From: Oceanispirochaeta sp.
GTDB taxonomy: Bacteria; Spirochaetota; Spirochaetia; DSM-2461
Direction of reading: 5' to 3'
DNA: 64,000 nt
Assembly: GCA_963663385.2 (NCBI GenBank)
Contig: CAXXXD010000004.1
Coordinates: forward strand, 544,001 to 608,000
Position numbers and translations under genes: made by a program. Under the pieces are notes generated by a model. That model ran no database searches, was not told the DNA's origin, and saw nothing but the letters and a program-made list of their open reading frames with translations. The stretch's first letter is position 1, and the number at the start of each line of letters is the position of its first letter. Below are positions 28,897 to 39,632 of the stretch, in pieces.

Positions 28897-30616
28897 CTTC
28901 GGGCTCAAGTGTGATTTCCCCTCCAAATGACATCATAAGTCTTTTTACCAGATAGAGCCCCAGTCCTGTAGCGCTTTCTCCTGCCGTCGGTCTGGTAGAC
29001 AGGGTCCTGAATTTTTCATAGAGAAACGGCCTTTCCTTTTCCGGAATCCCCGGACCGCAGTCCCGGATCCTCCACACAATGTATTGACTCTCTTTCTGAC
29101 AGCTTATGCAAATCTCACCATGGGAAAAGGAGTACTTCAGGGCATTGTCAATCAGGTTTTCAATAACGGTTTTTACCAGGAAATAGTTACCAATCCACTC
29201 TCTTTCAATCGAGTGTATTTTTATTTCTATGGATTTTGCCTTTAAAAGGGGAGTATACATCTGGCAGATCTGCTCTGTAATGCTGTTTAAATCCAGTATT
29301 TCATTGCTGGAATGAAACTGGCCTTCATCCAGTTTCAGATAGACCATTGTATTTTCCATAAGGGATTTCATATTACCCGAAGCTGTAAATATCTGTTTGT
29401 ACTCGTCCCTGTTCTGATCTTCATCCAGCAGTTCCATGGCATTATTAATAAGAATCGTTATGGGTGTCGATGTATTATGGCTGATTATATGCAGCAGTGT
29501 GGTTCTCATTTTTACCAGATGCTTCATTTCACTGTTGTAAGCCTGTAACTGTGTGATATTGAGAGACAGAGTTTCCACCATTGTATTCAGGTGCTGATTC
29601 AGAGTCTGAAATTCATCTTTTCCTGTTACACAGTTCTGAATGGAATAGTTTCCCTGAGTGATCTGATTCATATATCTGTTCAGTTTCATAATATTGGAAA
29701 CAATTTTTCTGACAAAAAAATAACTGCCGCAATAAGCAAAGACATAGCATAATATGAGTATCAGTATAATACTCCGCATAATAGGAGCAATCTCGTCTTT
29801 GATCTTTCTGGACGGTATAAGAGACAGGAGATGAATTCCCAGCTTATTTACGGGGGATGAAAATGTATAGAATTGAGTGTCATTCAGATATATTTCCAGA
29901 CCCTGTTCCGGGAAATTGGTCAGGGTTTCCCGGTCAATGATGTTATTGTATTCGATAGGTTCGTTAATCTCCCTGTTGAAATTGATAACCCTCCTGTCTC
30001 CCAGCACGGCCAGGATTTTTTCATCCTGGCAACCGGTTTCTGTTTTAAAACTGCTGAAGAAAGCTTTCATGGGTATATCCAGGCCCAGAACACCGGTATG
30101 AACGCCCTTATCATCTGCTATTCCGATAACTGCAGATAGTACAATTTCTGAATTCTTTTCGGAAAGGTAAGGAGCTGTCCAGTTCAGTTCTTCCGAGACG
30201 GATCCGAGTTTAAACCACTGTGTATCTCTGTAACCGGAATAGTCTTTCCTGATTCCGCTGCTTGTAATCAGCTGCAGGTCCACCAGGGATCCGTAATAGA
30301 TTACCGAATTCCGGGGCAGAAGCTTTTCAAGGATTTTCCACTCATTCTGAACATCCCGGATATTTCCGGGATCATTGAGGATCCGGTGTTTCTGTTCATC
30401 CTGACTGTATAGGTTCAGAATATCCTCAATCCTCCAAATCTGTGTATCGATACTGTTACTTGTAATGGATTGGATGAGCAGGGACTGCTCCTTTTTTTTT
30501 AGGTTCAGGATTTTTTCCTGAAAGGGTTCCAGCAGCAATCCCCAGAAGGTTATTAAAGGAATAAAAAACAGCAGTATTATATAAATTCTGAATTGGTTTA
30601 TAATTGATATCCACAT
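28835..30616 (-). CDS. Membrane sensor histidine kinase (Cache-HAMP-HisKA-HATPase)
   Basis: WTAPY Cache motif, HAMP (KDEF), H-box IISHNTSTP, NLIDNALKY, DCGPG, TGLGL. Confidence 0.88.
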   Translation of the reverse strand: MWISIINQFRIYIILLFFIPLITFWGLLLEPFQEKILNLKKKEQSLLIQSITSNSIDTQIWRIEDILNLYSQDEQKHRILNDPGNIRDVQNEWKILEKLLPRNSVIYYGSLVDLQLITSSGIRKDYSGYRDTQWFKLGSVSEELNWTAPYLSEKNSEIVLSAVIGIADDKGVHTGVLGLDIPMKAFFSSFKTETGCQDEKILAVLGDRRVINFNREINEPIEYNNIIDRETLTNFPEQGLEIYLNDTQFYTFSSPVNKLGIHLLSLIPSRKIKDEIAPIMRSIILILILCYVFAYCGSYFFVRKIVSNIMKLNRYMNQITQGNYSIQNCVTGKDEFQTLNQHLNTMVETLSLNITQLQAYNSEMKHLVKMRTTLLHIISHNTSTPITILINNAMELLDEDQNRDEYKQIFTASGNMKSLMENTMVYLKLDEGQFHSSNEILDLNSITEQICQMYTPLLKAKSIEIKIHSIEREWIGNYFLVKTVIENLIDNALKYSFSHGEICISCQKESQYIVWRIRDCGPGIPEKERPFLYEKFRTLSTRPTAGESATGLGLYLVKRLMMSFGGEITLEPEAISGGAGFALFFPVPEDSEL

Positions 30617-30805
30617 ACAGGTCGGCTCCCTGCATAAAATATATTAATTGTCCAGGTTTTAAAAGGCGTTGAGAAGCTATTGTCCAACAGTGAACTATTC
30701 CGAGGCTATCCCGAGGCCTCACCTCGTGGTTCAGATTGAATCATGTTCCTGAAAATGTCCGCCCTGACAGAGCAGGAAATCTTCTTCCTTCCGGATAGGG
30801 ACTTT

Positions 30806-32359
30806 TTATTGCCGTTTCATCCATTTATGTATGACCCTGTTCACCTGCTCGGAATTAAAAGGTTTATGTATTGTGTCATCCATAGTGAAAAGTCCTCCGT
30901 TTTCTTCCCGGCTGCCTGTTATGGCAATTACGGGGATCTGATCGAACTCATGATTCGACCGTATCATCCTGAATGCTTCCGCCCCATTGATTTCAGGCAT
31001 ATTCATATTCATCAGAACCATACAGTAATTGTTGCTTTTCATCATTTCCATAGCCTGAAGGGCTGATCGGGAGGATCTTGACTTGTATCCCTGAACATCC
31101 AGGATATAGCGGATTATCTCACAATTCGCATCGTTGTCATCCACAACCAGTATGCTTCTGTCTTCCGGTCCTTCGCTTTCTGTGACACAGTAATCCACTT
31201 CTTCACTTATTTTTCCAACAGGCTCATAGGGAAGGATCAGGGTAAAACAGGTCCCCTTGTCTTCAGAGCTGACAAATGTTATGTCCCCGTTCAGGTATCT
31301 GTTGCTGATGAGTTTCATTCCATAGGTTCCCTGTCCCCGTCCTTTACCTTTTGTAGAAAAGGCTCTCTGGAATATCTGCTCTCTGATTTCAGGAAATATA
31401 TAGGCGGGATTACTGATGCTGATGCGTATGCTCTCGTTGGTCAATAGGGATTCCAGGGTGATCGTGTCATTTTCCTTTGATGCTTCCAGAGCGTTGAGCA
31501 TCATATTGTCCAGTATACGCCTGATCAGAATATGGTCGCTGATAAATGAGAAAGATTCGGATCTGTCCCGTATGTAAATAAGTTTCTTCTCTGCCAGATC
31601 ATGATTACGGTATTGGTGTACAACCTCCTCCAGCAGCCTTCTGCTGTGAATTTCATCGTGTAAAAATACCTTATCCTCATTCTTCTCTGCGGAGATCAAA
31701 TCTTTCTGCTCCCGGATCTGTTCCAGCATTTTTTGTATCATGTTCTGCAGGTTGTTTATTGTATCCTGGTATTCGGAAACTTTCTTTTCTTCAATACTGT
31801 CCTGCAGTTTCCGGCTGTATCCCAGGATTCCGCCGGCGGTATTCATTACGTCATGGAAAAAGATCCTTTCCATGGCTTCCCGTTTCTTCTTATTCTCTAT
31901 ATTGAAGAGTATCATTATCAGATAGGTCCTGGTATTTACAATAAAAGGTTTGGTCCATACATTCAGGTTCAAGGTCGTCATATCTTTCAGACGGATACGG
32001 CACTCCTGCAGGCACTCCTTTCCTCTGAGTCCCTTAACAATGGCATCAAGGGCGCCGCAGCTGTTGCAGGAGGGGCAGTTCCCGCAGCCATTCATGTTTT
32101 TATCCGCATTTATACAGCTCAGGATCTCTCCGGGACGCTGTCCCAGGAGTCTTTCATTCGCCATCCCCAGCATTTGAGACACAGCTCTGTTGCCGAATAT
32201 CACCTGATGCCTATCATTGATTATAAGAAAATTCTGAGGCATCTGATCAATGACAGTTTTGAAGATATCTGCGCTCAGCACTTCTGAATTCTGTTCACGG
32301 ATAAGTGTGCTGTCCGCTCTATCCGCTGGGGTGAGATTCGAATTTTCTGTACTGTTCAT
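30806..32359 (-). CDS. Cytoplasmic hybrid sensor kinase: Cys-rich PAS-like domain - HisKA/HATPase - receiver
   Basis: RPGEILSC..GCGNCPSCNSCG, FFHDVMN, NMMLNALEA, FSTKGKGRGQG, receiver ILVVDD..LMNMNMP..KPF; start uncertain (32359 or 32377). Confidence 0.85.
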   Translation of the reverse strand: MNSTENSNLTPADRADSTLIREQNSEVLSADIFKTVIDQMPQNFLIINDRHQVIFGNRAVSQMLGMANERLLGQRPGEILSCINADKNMNGCGNCPSCNSCGALDAIVKGLRGKECLQECRIRLKDMTTLNLNVWTKPFIVNTRTYLIMILFNIENKKKREAMERIFFHDVMNTAGGILGYSRKLQDSIEEKKVSEYQDTINNLQNMIQKMLEQIREQKDLISAEKNEDKVFLHDEIHSRRLLEEVVHQYRNHDLAEKKLIYIRDRSESFSFISDHILIRRILDNMMLNALEASKENDTITLESLLTNESIRISISNPAYIFPEIREQIFQRAFSTKGKGRGQGTYGMKLISNRYLNGDITFVSSEDKGTCFTLILPYEPVGKISEEVDYCVTESEGPEDRSILVVDDNDANCEIIRYILDVQGYKSRSSRSALQAMEMMKSNNYCMVLMNMNMPEINGAEAFRMIRSNHEFDQIPVIAITGSREENGGLFTMDDTIHKPFNSEQVNRVIHKWMKRQ

Positions 32360-32462
32360 ACTATTAATTGTAATCAACTATTCGTTATAAAAACAAATTT
32401 AATATTATTTCCTATGAGAATTGATTATTCTATGAATCCGCTGTTACTGAAAGATCGCTGGA

Positions 32463-32639
32463 TCAGCTAAGAGAATGAATATACTGCTGTAATTCTTTTC
32501 CATTAATCAGGTGTCTGTGGAGAGCTATTTGTCCAAACTTTCTGTGATCCCCGTGTTTCTGGAATTCCAGAACCTGTTGAACCCCCTTGTAGTCCATCAT
32601 TCCTTCAACCATGAACCATTGGCCTGCCTTCTCCTTCAT
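32463..32639 (-). CDS. Small stand-alone MshEN-like (putative c-di-GMP-binding) protein
   Basis: RBS GGAGG 7 nt before ATG 32639; two 24-residue units spaced like RLGxxLLxxGLLxxxxLxxxLxxQ. Confidence 0.6.
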   Translation of the reverse strand: MKEKAGQWFMVEGMMDYKGVQQVLEFQKHGDHRKFGQIALHRHLINGKELQQYIHSLS

Positions 32640-32867
32640 CTTCATACCTCCCGGATTATTGAGTACAGCATGCAGATTTTCCTACCTTTAATTATAATAC
32701 AATTATCCTGGTCTGGCGATATTCAAGCGGGTTTCAGGGAGAAATGAGCTATTTGCAAAGTTTTTTAACTTTCAGGCTTCTATTCTCCGGAATCTTCATT
32801 CTGCAGGTCTTGACGGGTATCCTGTTTTTCTGATTCTATGGTTCCACCTTTATATTAGAGAGTTGTA

Positions 32868-33368
32868 ATGAGCGATTTTGAAGACTTCTGGTCACTGTAT
32901 AATCAATCTTTTCCGGAAGACGAACGGCGGGATCTGGAACTGCAGAGGGAAAAAATGTCCCACCCCGCTTTTCAGATCCGCCATTACAAGGATGAAAAAT
33001 TCTATAATGGTTTCATAAATACTTTTCATTTCCCCGACTTCATATTTGTAGACCATATTGCGGTGAATCCCGAACAGCGGGGTGCCGGGATCGGTTCTTT
33101 CATTATGAGGGAGCTGATCGATTCCACCTCTAAACCGATTGTACTGGAAGTGGAACGCCCCGTCAGTCAGGATGCGGTCCGCCGGATTGATTTCTACGAA
33201 AGTCTGGGATTCCATCTGAATGTGTTTGATTATATTCAGCCTCCCATCGACGAAGGCCGGAAACCGGTCCCCCTCTTTCTGATGAGCTATCCCGAAAGAC
33301 TTGATGCCGCCGCCTACGAGAAAGTCCGTCAGATTATCCACAGGAATGTCTATAATCAGGCTGTCTGA
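32868..33368 (+). CDS. GNAT family N-acetyltransferase
   Basis: HIAVNPEQRGAGIGS, VLEVE, RRIDFYESLGF, YIQPP. Confidence 0.88.
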   Translation: MSDFEDFWSLYNQSFPEDERRDLELQREKMSHPAFQIRHYKDEKFYNGFINTFHFPDFIFVDHIAVNPEQRGAGIGSFIMRELIDSTSKPIVLEVERPVSQDAVRRIDFYESLGFHLNVFDYIQPPIDEGRKPVPLFLMSYPERLDAAAYEKVRQIIHRNVYNQAV

Positions 33369-33516
33369 GTCAACTTTCTCCTAATCTATAACAAAAAGCC
33401 TGAAAATTCGGGTTACTCTCAAACGGTACGCCGTGGTATAAATATACATAAAATTTAACAAATTCTCTATTTGCCGGTTTGGCAGACTGAAATAGGAAAA
33501 GATTATAGGAGCTAAA

Positions 33517-35121
33517 ATGTCTGATATTGTCGTCCTTGGTGATGAAGCTGTAGCTCTTGGGGCCATCCACGGAGGCGTTTCCTCCTGTTACGGATACCCC
33601 GGGACTCCTTCAACGGAAATTATGGAATATATTCTCGAATACACGGAAAAGAACAGCGGTCCCTTTGCCAGATGGTCCAGTAATGAAAAAACGGCTTTAG
33701 AAGAAGCTCTCGGAACTTCCTTTGCGGGGAAGCGTGCCATTGTTACTATGAAACATGTAGGACTGAACGTTGCTGCAGACGCATTCATGAATGGAGCTCT
33801 TCTGGATATCAAGGGCGGGCTGGTTCTGGTTGTCGCAGACGACCCGGGTATGCACTCTTCCCAGAACGAACAGGACACCCGTTACTATGCGGATTTTGCC
33901 AAAGTGATCTGTCTGGAACCGGTCAACCAGCAGCAGGCTTACGATATGACAAGAGAGGCTTTTGATCTATCCGAGAAATTCCATGTTCCGGTGATCCTTC
34001 GTCTGGTAACACGTCTCTCCCATTCAAGAGCATCCATTGTCACCAGGGCTCCCAAAGCGGAAAATGCCCTGGAAAAGGCTCAGAACAGAATGGACTGGAT
34101 GCTACTGCCCGCTAATGCAAGAAGACGCTGGGACAGCCTCCTTACCCGCCAGGATGAAATGCTGGCCTATTCGGAAAACACCGGTGTGAATTCCCTGGTT
34201 CTGAATGAGAAAAATACTGAACGGGCTGTTATTACAACGGGTCTCGGGTATAACTACTATAAGGAAAACGCAGAAGAACTGGAGGATAATCCCTCCCATC
34301 TGCATATTGGAGTCTATCCGATACCTGTCGGGAAAATCCGTAAGCTGGCGGAACATGTCAGAGAGATTATTATTCTGGAGGAAGGGTATCCTTTTGTAGA
34401 GCGTTTCCTTCGGGGTATCCTGCCGTTAAACCTTTCCCTTAAAGGGAAGATGGACGAAACAGTTCCCCGTCAGGGAGAGCTGAGCCCCGATAATGTCCGT
34501 CCGGCGTTGGGACTGCCTGCCAGAAGCGGCTCTGTCAGTTCCATGGAGCTGCCCGGACGTCCTCCCCAGCTTTGTAAAGGCTGTCCCCACGACGATACCT
34601 ATCGTGTTATCAAGGAAGTGCAGGCTGAGCTGGAGGAGAGTACGGTTACATCCGATATCGGTTGTTATGCCCTGGGTGCTCTGCCGCCCCTGAGTGTCCC
34701 GGAAACCATAATCTGCATGGGCGCCTCCATCACAGCCGCCAAGGGGGCTTCGGAAGCCGGACTGAATAATGTGATGGCTGTTATCGGAGACAGCACATTT
34801 TTACATTCCGGCCTGACGGGTCTGGTCGATTGTGTAGCCTGTGATACGGATGTTACCATTATCATCGTGGATAACGAAACGACTGCCATGACCGGCGGAC
34901 AGACCACAATTCTGCCTTCGTCCCGTCTGGAAGGTATTGTAAGGGGGATCGGTGTGGATGAAGCCCACCTTGTAACTATCCCGGCTCACAGAAAGTTTCA
35001 TGAAGAGAATAAGGAAAAACTGCGGAAGGAACTGGCCTATAAGGGGGTCTCAGTCATTATTGCCGTCCGCGAGTGTATTGAAACGGCCCGTAAGGCAAAG
35101 AAAAAGGAGAGCGCATCATGA
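33517..35121 (+). CDS. iorA: Indolepyruvate:ferredoxin oxidoreductase alpha subunit
   Basis: GYPGTPSTE, MKHVGLNVAAD, DDPGMHSSQNEQD, LCKGCPH, DIGCY, TPP motif GDSTFLHSG..DN. Confidence 0.93.
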   Translation: MSDIVVLGDEAVALGAIHGGVSSCYGYPGTPSTEIMEYILEYTEKNSGPFARWSSNEKTALEEALGTSFAGKRAIVTMKHVGLNVAADAFMNGALLDIKGGLVLVVADDPGMHSSQNEQDTRYYADFAKVICLEPVNQQQAYDMTREAFDLSEKFHVPVILRLVTRLSHSRASIVTRAPKAENALEKAQNRMDWMLLPANARRRWDSLLTRQDEMLAYSENTGVNSLVLNEKNTERAVITTGLGYNYYKENAEELEDNPSHLHIGVYPIPVGKIRKLAEHVREIIILEEGYPFVERFLRGILPLNLSLKGKMDETVPRQGELSPDNVRPALGLPARSGSVSSMELPGRPPQLCKGCPHDDTYRVIKEVQAELEESTVTSDIGCYALGALPPLSVPETIICMGASITAAKGASEAGLNNVMAVIGDSTFLHSGLTGLVDCVACDTDVTIIIVDNETTAMTGGQTTILPSSRLEGIVRGIGVDEAHLVTIPAHRKFHEENKEKLRKELAYKGVSVIIAVRECIETARKAKKKESAS

Positions 35122-35687
35122 AATATGACATCATTCTTTCCGGTGTAGGAGGGCAGGGGGTTCTCTCTCTGGCTGCTGTTGTTGCAACTGCAGCCGCCGA
35201 AGCGGGGTATAATGTCCGTCAGTCCGAAGTTCACGGAATGGCTCAGAGGGGTGGAGCCGTAATGGCTCATATGCGGATTTCCGATGGGGAAATCTATTCG
35301 GATCTGATTGCTCAGGGTACTGCCGATATGATTCTCAGTATGGAACCTCTGGAAAGTCTGCGTTATCTGTCCTGGCTGTCTCCTGACGGAATCCTTATCA
35401 CTTCTGACGGCCCTGTCGTGAATATCCCGAACTATCCCGAACTGGAAGAGGTATATAACACAGTAAAAGCCCAGCCTTCTGCCTATCTTGTTAATGATGG
35501 AGAACTGGCAAAGGAAGCAGGTTCTTCCAAAGCCGGGAATATGATTATTGTGGGCGCCGCCTCCCGCCATCTGCCCTTCGGCATGGAGGATTTAAAAAAA
35601 GCGGTCTCCCGGCTGTTCTCCCGTAAGGGTGATGAGATTGTTCAGATAAACTACAAAGCGCTGGAGCTGGGGAGTCAGGTATCATGA
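35118..35687 (+). CDS. iorB: Indolepyruvate oxidoreductase beta subunit
   Basis: GVGGQG, QSEVHGMAQRGGAV; ATGA overlap. Confidence 0.93.
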   Translation: MKYDIILSGVGGQGVLSLAAVVATAAAEAGYNVRQSEVHGMAQRGGAVMAHMRISDGEIYSDLIAQGTADMILSMEPLESLRYLSWLSPDGILITSDGPVVNIPNYPELEEVYNTVKAQPSAYLVNDGELAKEAGSSKAGNMIIVGAASRHLPFGMEDLKKAVSRLFSRKGDEIVQINYKALELGSQVS

Positions 35688-37000
35688 TCCATGATCTCTA
35701 TGAAGATAGGGAAGTGGAAAGACTGGACCGGGAAGCCTTAAAGGCGCTCCAGCTGCTGCGGCTGAAAAAAACAGTCGCAACGGCCCTTACCACTCCTTTT
35801 TACAAACACAGGCTGGGAGATGTCGGTATAAAATCGGCCGAAGATATCCGGACCCTGGATGATATACAGAGAATTCCCTATACCACCAAGGATGATCTGC
35901 GGGAAGCCTATCCCTATGGCCTTCTGTCGGTTGAGCTGGATGATGTGGTTCGCATGCACGCCTCCAGCGGTACAACCGGCACTCCTACCGTTATTTATCA
36001 TACACAGAACGATCTGGATAACTGGACCAATATGACCGTCCGTTCCCTCCGGGCCACCGGCTGTCACAAGGGCGACGTATTTCAGAATATGATGACATAC
36101 GGTCTTTTTACCGGCGGTATCGGCCTGCATTACGGCGCGGAAAAGCTGGGAATGCTGGTTATACCCGCTTCCAGCGGGAACACAAAGAGACAGTTCCAGC
36201 TGATGAAGGACTTTAAAACTACCACGGTTCATGCCACTCCCAGTTATATGCTCCATCTGTATACCCGGATGGAGGAGCTGGGGTACTCCCTGAAGGATTT
36301 TAATCTGAAAAGGGCTTTGATCGGTGCTGAGCCTCACTCCGAAGAGGTTCGTCAGAAAATTGAAGAGCTCTTTGGAATCGATGCCTATAACTCCTACGGC
36401 CTTTCTGAAATGAACGGTCCGAGCGTGGCCTTCGAGTGCACCGAAAAAAAGGGTATGCATATCTGGGAAGATGCCTATTATGTGGAAACCATTGACCGCA
36501 GCACCCTGGAACCTGTATCGGACGGGATTGAGGGGGAGCTGGTTCTGACCATTCTGATAAGAACGGGAACACCCATTCTGCGGTACAGAACCAAAGACCT
36601 TACAACGGTCATTCCCGAACCCTGTGCCTGCGGCAGAACAAGCCGGAGGATAACAAGGATCAAAGGCCGGACCGATGATATGCTGATAATCAACGGAGTC
36701 AATGTCTTCCCTTCCCAGATTGAAGAGGTGATCATGAAGATGCCGGGGATTGGAACCAACTACCTGATCAAGGTTAAGAAAGAGGGGACTCTGGACAAGT
36801 TGACGGTTCATACCGAAGTAGGGGCCGAGCTTTTTACAGACGATGCCAGAGACCTGTATGCCCTGAAATCCAGGATTAAAGAGGAAATGAAGGCTCTTAT
36901 AACCATAAATCCCGGAGTGGAACTGCATGAACCGGGATTCCTTCCGGTTCAGCAGGGAAAGGCAATACGGGTTGAAGATGAACGAGGAGGTGTATTTTGA
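35684..37000 (+). CDS. paaK: Phenylacetate-CoA ligase family protein (copy 1)
   Basis: [50 protein letters not shown]. Confidence 0.9.
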   Translation: MIHDLYEDREVERLDREALKALQLLRLKKTVATALTTPFYKHRLGDVGIKSAEDIRTLDDIQRIPYTTKDDLREAYPYGLLSVELDDVVRMHASSGTTGTPTVIYHTQNDLDNWTNMTVRSLRATGCHKGDVFQNMMTYGLFTGGIGLHYGAEKLGMLVIPASSGNTKRQFQLMKDFKTTTVHATPSYMLHLYTRMEELGYSLKDFNLKRALIGAEPHSEEVRQKIEELFGIDAYNSYGLSEMNGPSVAFECTEKKGMHIWEDAYYVETIDRSTLEPVSDGIEGELVLTILIRTGTPILRYRTKDLTTVIPEPCACGRTSRRITRIKGRTDDMLIINGVNVFPSQIEEVIMKMPGIGTNYLIKVKKEGTLDKLTVHTEVGAELFTDDARDLYALKSRIKEEMKALITINPGVELHEPGFLPVQQGKAIRVEDERGGVF

Positions 37001-38298
37001 TTTGGAATCCAAAAGCGGAATGCGACAACCGGGAGGACCGGAAAATTCAGCAGTTGTACAGCCTGAAAAAACTTGTGCGCCACGTATATGAAACCATTCC
37101 CTTCTATAAAAGGAAATTCGACGAGGCGGGGGTGAAACCGGATGATATCCAGTCTATGGCGGATATCGCCAAACTGCCTTTTACCACAAAGGATGAACTG
37201 CGGGATACCTATCCTTACGGACTTCTGGCGGTAGATGAAAAGGAAATTGTGGAAATCCATACATCCTCCGGGACAACGGGAACCCCCGTTCTGGCCGCCT
37301 ATACGAAAAACGATATGGAAATGTGGTCGGAAGTAATGGCCCGCTGTCTCTGCATGGCCGGAGGAACTCCCGACGATGTTGTGCAGAACGGTTATGGATA
37401 CGGTATGTTCACCGGCGGTCTGGGGGTTCATTACGGTTCTCACAAACTGGGCTGTCATACCATCCCCGTTTCTTCGGGCAATACAAAGCGTCAGCTTATG
37501 ATGATGCGGGATTTCAAATCCACTATTCTAACCTGTACGCCCTCCTACTCCCTCTTTATGGCTGAAACAGCCAGGGAAATGGGAATTGATTTCAAGGATC
37601 TGTCCCTGAAAGCGGGAATTTTCGGAGCCGAACCCTGGAGTGATAATATGCGGAAGGAGATTGAGGATAAACTGAATCTTCAGGCTTATGATATCTACGG
37701 ACTTACCGAAATAGTCGGCCCGGGAGTTTCCAGCGAGTGTGAAGCCCACAATGGTCTGCACGTAAATGAGGATCACTTTTATCCCGAAATAATCAATCCT
37801 GAAACAGGAGAAGTCCTGCCGGAGGGTGAGAAAGGCGAGCTGGTTTTTACAACTATAACACGGGAGGGCACTCCCATTATCCGGTATAGAACCCGGGATA
37901 TCACCTGGCTCTGGCATGATGACTGCCCCTGCGGCAGAACAACCGTTAAGATGCACCGTCTCCTCGGTCGAACCGATGATATGATGATTCTCCGTGGCGT
38001 CAATGTTTTTCCCAGTCAGATTGAAAATGTTCTGATGCGGATTGAAGAAACGGAGCCCCACTATCAAATCGTTATAGACCGCGGCGAATCCCATCTGGAT
38101 GAAGTGGAACTGCAGGTGGAGGTGGAGCCCAGTTTCTTCGGGGATGAAACAAAATCACTGGAACGGATCAAAAACAAGATCAGTTCGGAGATTAAGCAGG
38201 AGCTGGGAATCAGTATGAAGATCAAGCTGGTAGAACCCAAATCCATTGCCCGGTCGGAAGGTAAAGCCAAGCGGGTTATTGACAAACGGAAACTTTAA
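36997..38298 (+). CDS. paaK: Phenylacetate-CoA ligase family protein (copy 2)
   Basis: TTG start after [55 protein letters not shown]. Confidence 0.9.
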   Translation: MIWNPKAECDNREDRKIQQLYSLKKLVRHVYETIPFYKRKFDEAGVKPDDIQSMADIAKLPFTTKDELRDTYPYGLLAVDEKEIVEIHTSSGTTGTPVLAAYTKNDMEMWSEVMARCLCMAGGTPDDVVQNGYGYGMFTGGLGVHYGSHKLGCHTIPVSSGNTKRQLMMMRDFKSTILTCTPSYSLFMAETAREMGIDFKDLSLKAGIFGAEPWSDNMRKEIEDKLNLQAYDIYGLTEIVGPGVSSECEAHNGLHVNEDHFYPEIINPETGEVLPEGEKGELVFTTITREGTPIIRYRTRDITWLWHDDCPCGRTTVKMHRLLGRTDDMMILRGVNVFPSQIENVLMRIEETEPHYQIVIDRGESHLDEVELQVEVEPSFFGDETKSLERIKNKISSEIKQELGISMKIKLVEPKSIARSEGKAKRVIDKRKL

Positions 38299-38313
38299 AA
38301 ATCGGAGACAATC

Positions 38314-38730
38314 ATGAAAGTAAAACAGATTTCAGTCTTTCTGGAAAATAAAAACGGACGTCTGGCAGAGGTCACCCGCATCCTGTCTGAGGGAAATATC
38401 AGTCTGCGGGCCATGACCATTGCAGATACAGCGGATTTTGGAATCCTCAGGATTATTTCAGAACAGCCCGACAGGACTCTGCAGCTCCTGCAGGAGAATA
38501 ACCTCACTGCACGGGTTACGGAAGTGATCGGGGTTCGTCTGGGTGATAAACCGGGCGCTCTTCATGAGGTGATGGAAATTTTTGAAAAGAACCAGGTCAA
38601 TATCGAGTACCTCTACTCTACATTGATGGTTCAGGATGATCAGGTTGTTATCATGTTCAAGGTTGAGGATATCGACCATGGACTGGAGATCATAAAAAAC
38701 AACGGGATGGAGGCTATCACCGCGTTTTGA
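38314..38730 (+). CDS. Tandem ACT-domain protein
   Basis: KQISVFLENKNGRL, ADTADFGILR, DKPGAL, NIEYLY. Confidence 0.9.
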   Translation: MKVKQISVFLENKNGRLAEVTRILSEGNISLRAMTIADTADFGILRIISEQPDRTLQLLQENNLTARVTEVIGVRLGDKPGALHEVMEIFEKNQVNIEYLYSTLMVQDDQVVIMFKVEDIDHGLEIIKNNGMEAITAF

Positions 38731-39173
38731 ATACCTACACATCTGTCCGCTCGGAGCACCTGAACCATCACGGTTACCTTTTCGGAGGGCAGATGCTCTT
38801 CTGGGTGGATGAATTCGCCTGGCTGACTGCTTCCCGGGATTTTCCGGGGTACAGGCTGGTCACCAGGGGAATGGATAGAATCAGTTTCGAGCAGTCCGTT
38901 GTCAACGGGTCCATCCTCCGCTTTCACATCCTGCCTGTTAAAAAGGGTTCCAGCAGTGTGCGCTATCAGGTGGATGTTTATGCGGATGAGCCGGGGGCTG
39001 TAAAAGAAAAGCTTGTCTTCTCAACGGTTGTCACTTTTGTCAGTATTGCCTGCAAAGGGGAGAAAACGCTTCTCCCCTCCCGGGATGTCCTTCGCTCCCA
39101 GATTGAGGACTTTGACCAGACACCCTATCCGGGGGAGGGCGGCGGTCCGGCCGGAGTACGGAAAGATTCCTGA
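38727..39173 (+). CDS. Hotdog-fold acyl-CoA thioesterase
   Basis: HLNHHGYLFGGQMLFWVDE motif; TTG start overlapping the previous stop. Confidence 0.85.
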   Translation: MNTYTSVRSEHLNHHGYLFGGQMLFWVDEFAWLTASRDFPGYRLVTRGMDRISFEQSVVNGSILRFHILPVKKGSSSVRYQVDVYADEPGAVKEKLVFSTVVTFVSIACKGEKTLLPSRDVLRSQIEDFDQTPYPGEGGGPAGVRKDS

Positions 39174-39268
39174 TTTTTCCCCCGGAAAGTACAAAAACTC
39201 TAAAAATAGTCTTATCTTTATATATTGAAATGAGAATATAATTCCTATTACCAGCACAGGAGATAAGC

Positions 39269-39586
39269 ATGACAAAGACAGTTATTGATGCAGGGATCTG
39301 CGGTTTTAAAACGGCTGTTAAAGCTGTAAGTGAAGACGGACAGAATGTTACATTGGAGATCGAATCTGATTGCCCCGATATCCGGAGAATGAGTGAATCC
39401 CTGGAGCAGATAGATGCCTATTCCGCCGTGTTCGGGAAAATGACTGAATCCCCCGTATACAAACTGGGTGCAGAGTACTGTTCCCATGCGGCCTGTCCCG
39501 TTCCCATGGGAATCATCAAGACACTGGAAGCGGCCTGTTCCCTTGCTTTGCCCAGGGATGTCAGTGTCAGTATTGAAAACGATTGA
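39269..39586 (+). CDS. Small Cys-rich conserved protein (DUF6951-like)
   Basis: RBS AGGAG; AGICGF, IESDCP, HAACPVP..IIK..E....LALP pattern. Confidence 0.7.
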   Translation: MTKTVIDAGICGFKTAVKAVSEDGQNVTLEIESDCPDIRRMSESLEQIDAYSAVFGKMTESPVYKLGAEYCSHAACPVPMGIIKTLEAACSLALPRDVSVSIEND

Positions 39587-39632
39587 TGCTCTTCGAATTG
39601 CCAGACCACTATTCATAGGCTATACTCCCGGT

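Noticed and set aside
30620..30800. Possible riboswitch upstream of the Cache kinase
   Set aside because: Some pairing is possible (TGAAC/GTTCA, CGAGG/CCTCG), but I could not match a c-di-GMP, c-di-AMP or other riboswitch consensus; a covariance-model search would be needed.
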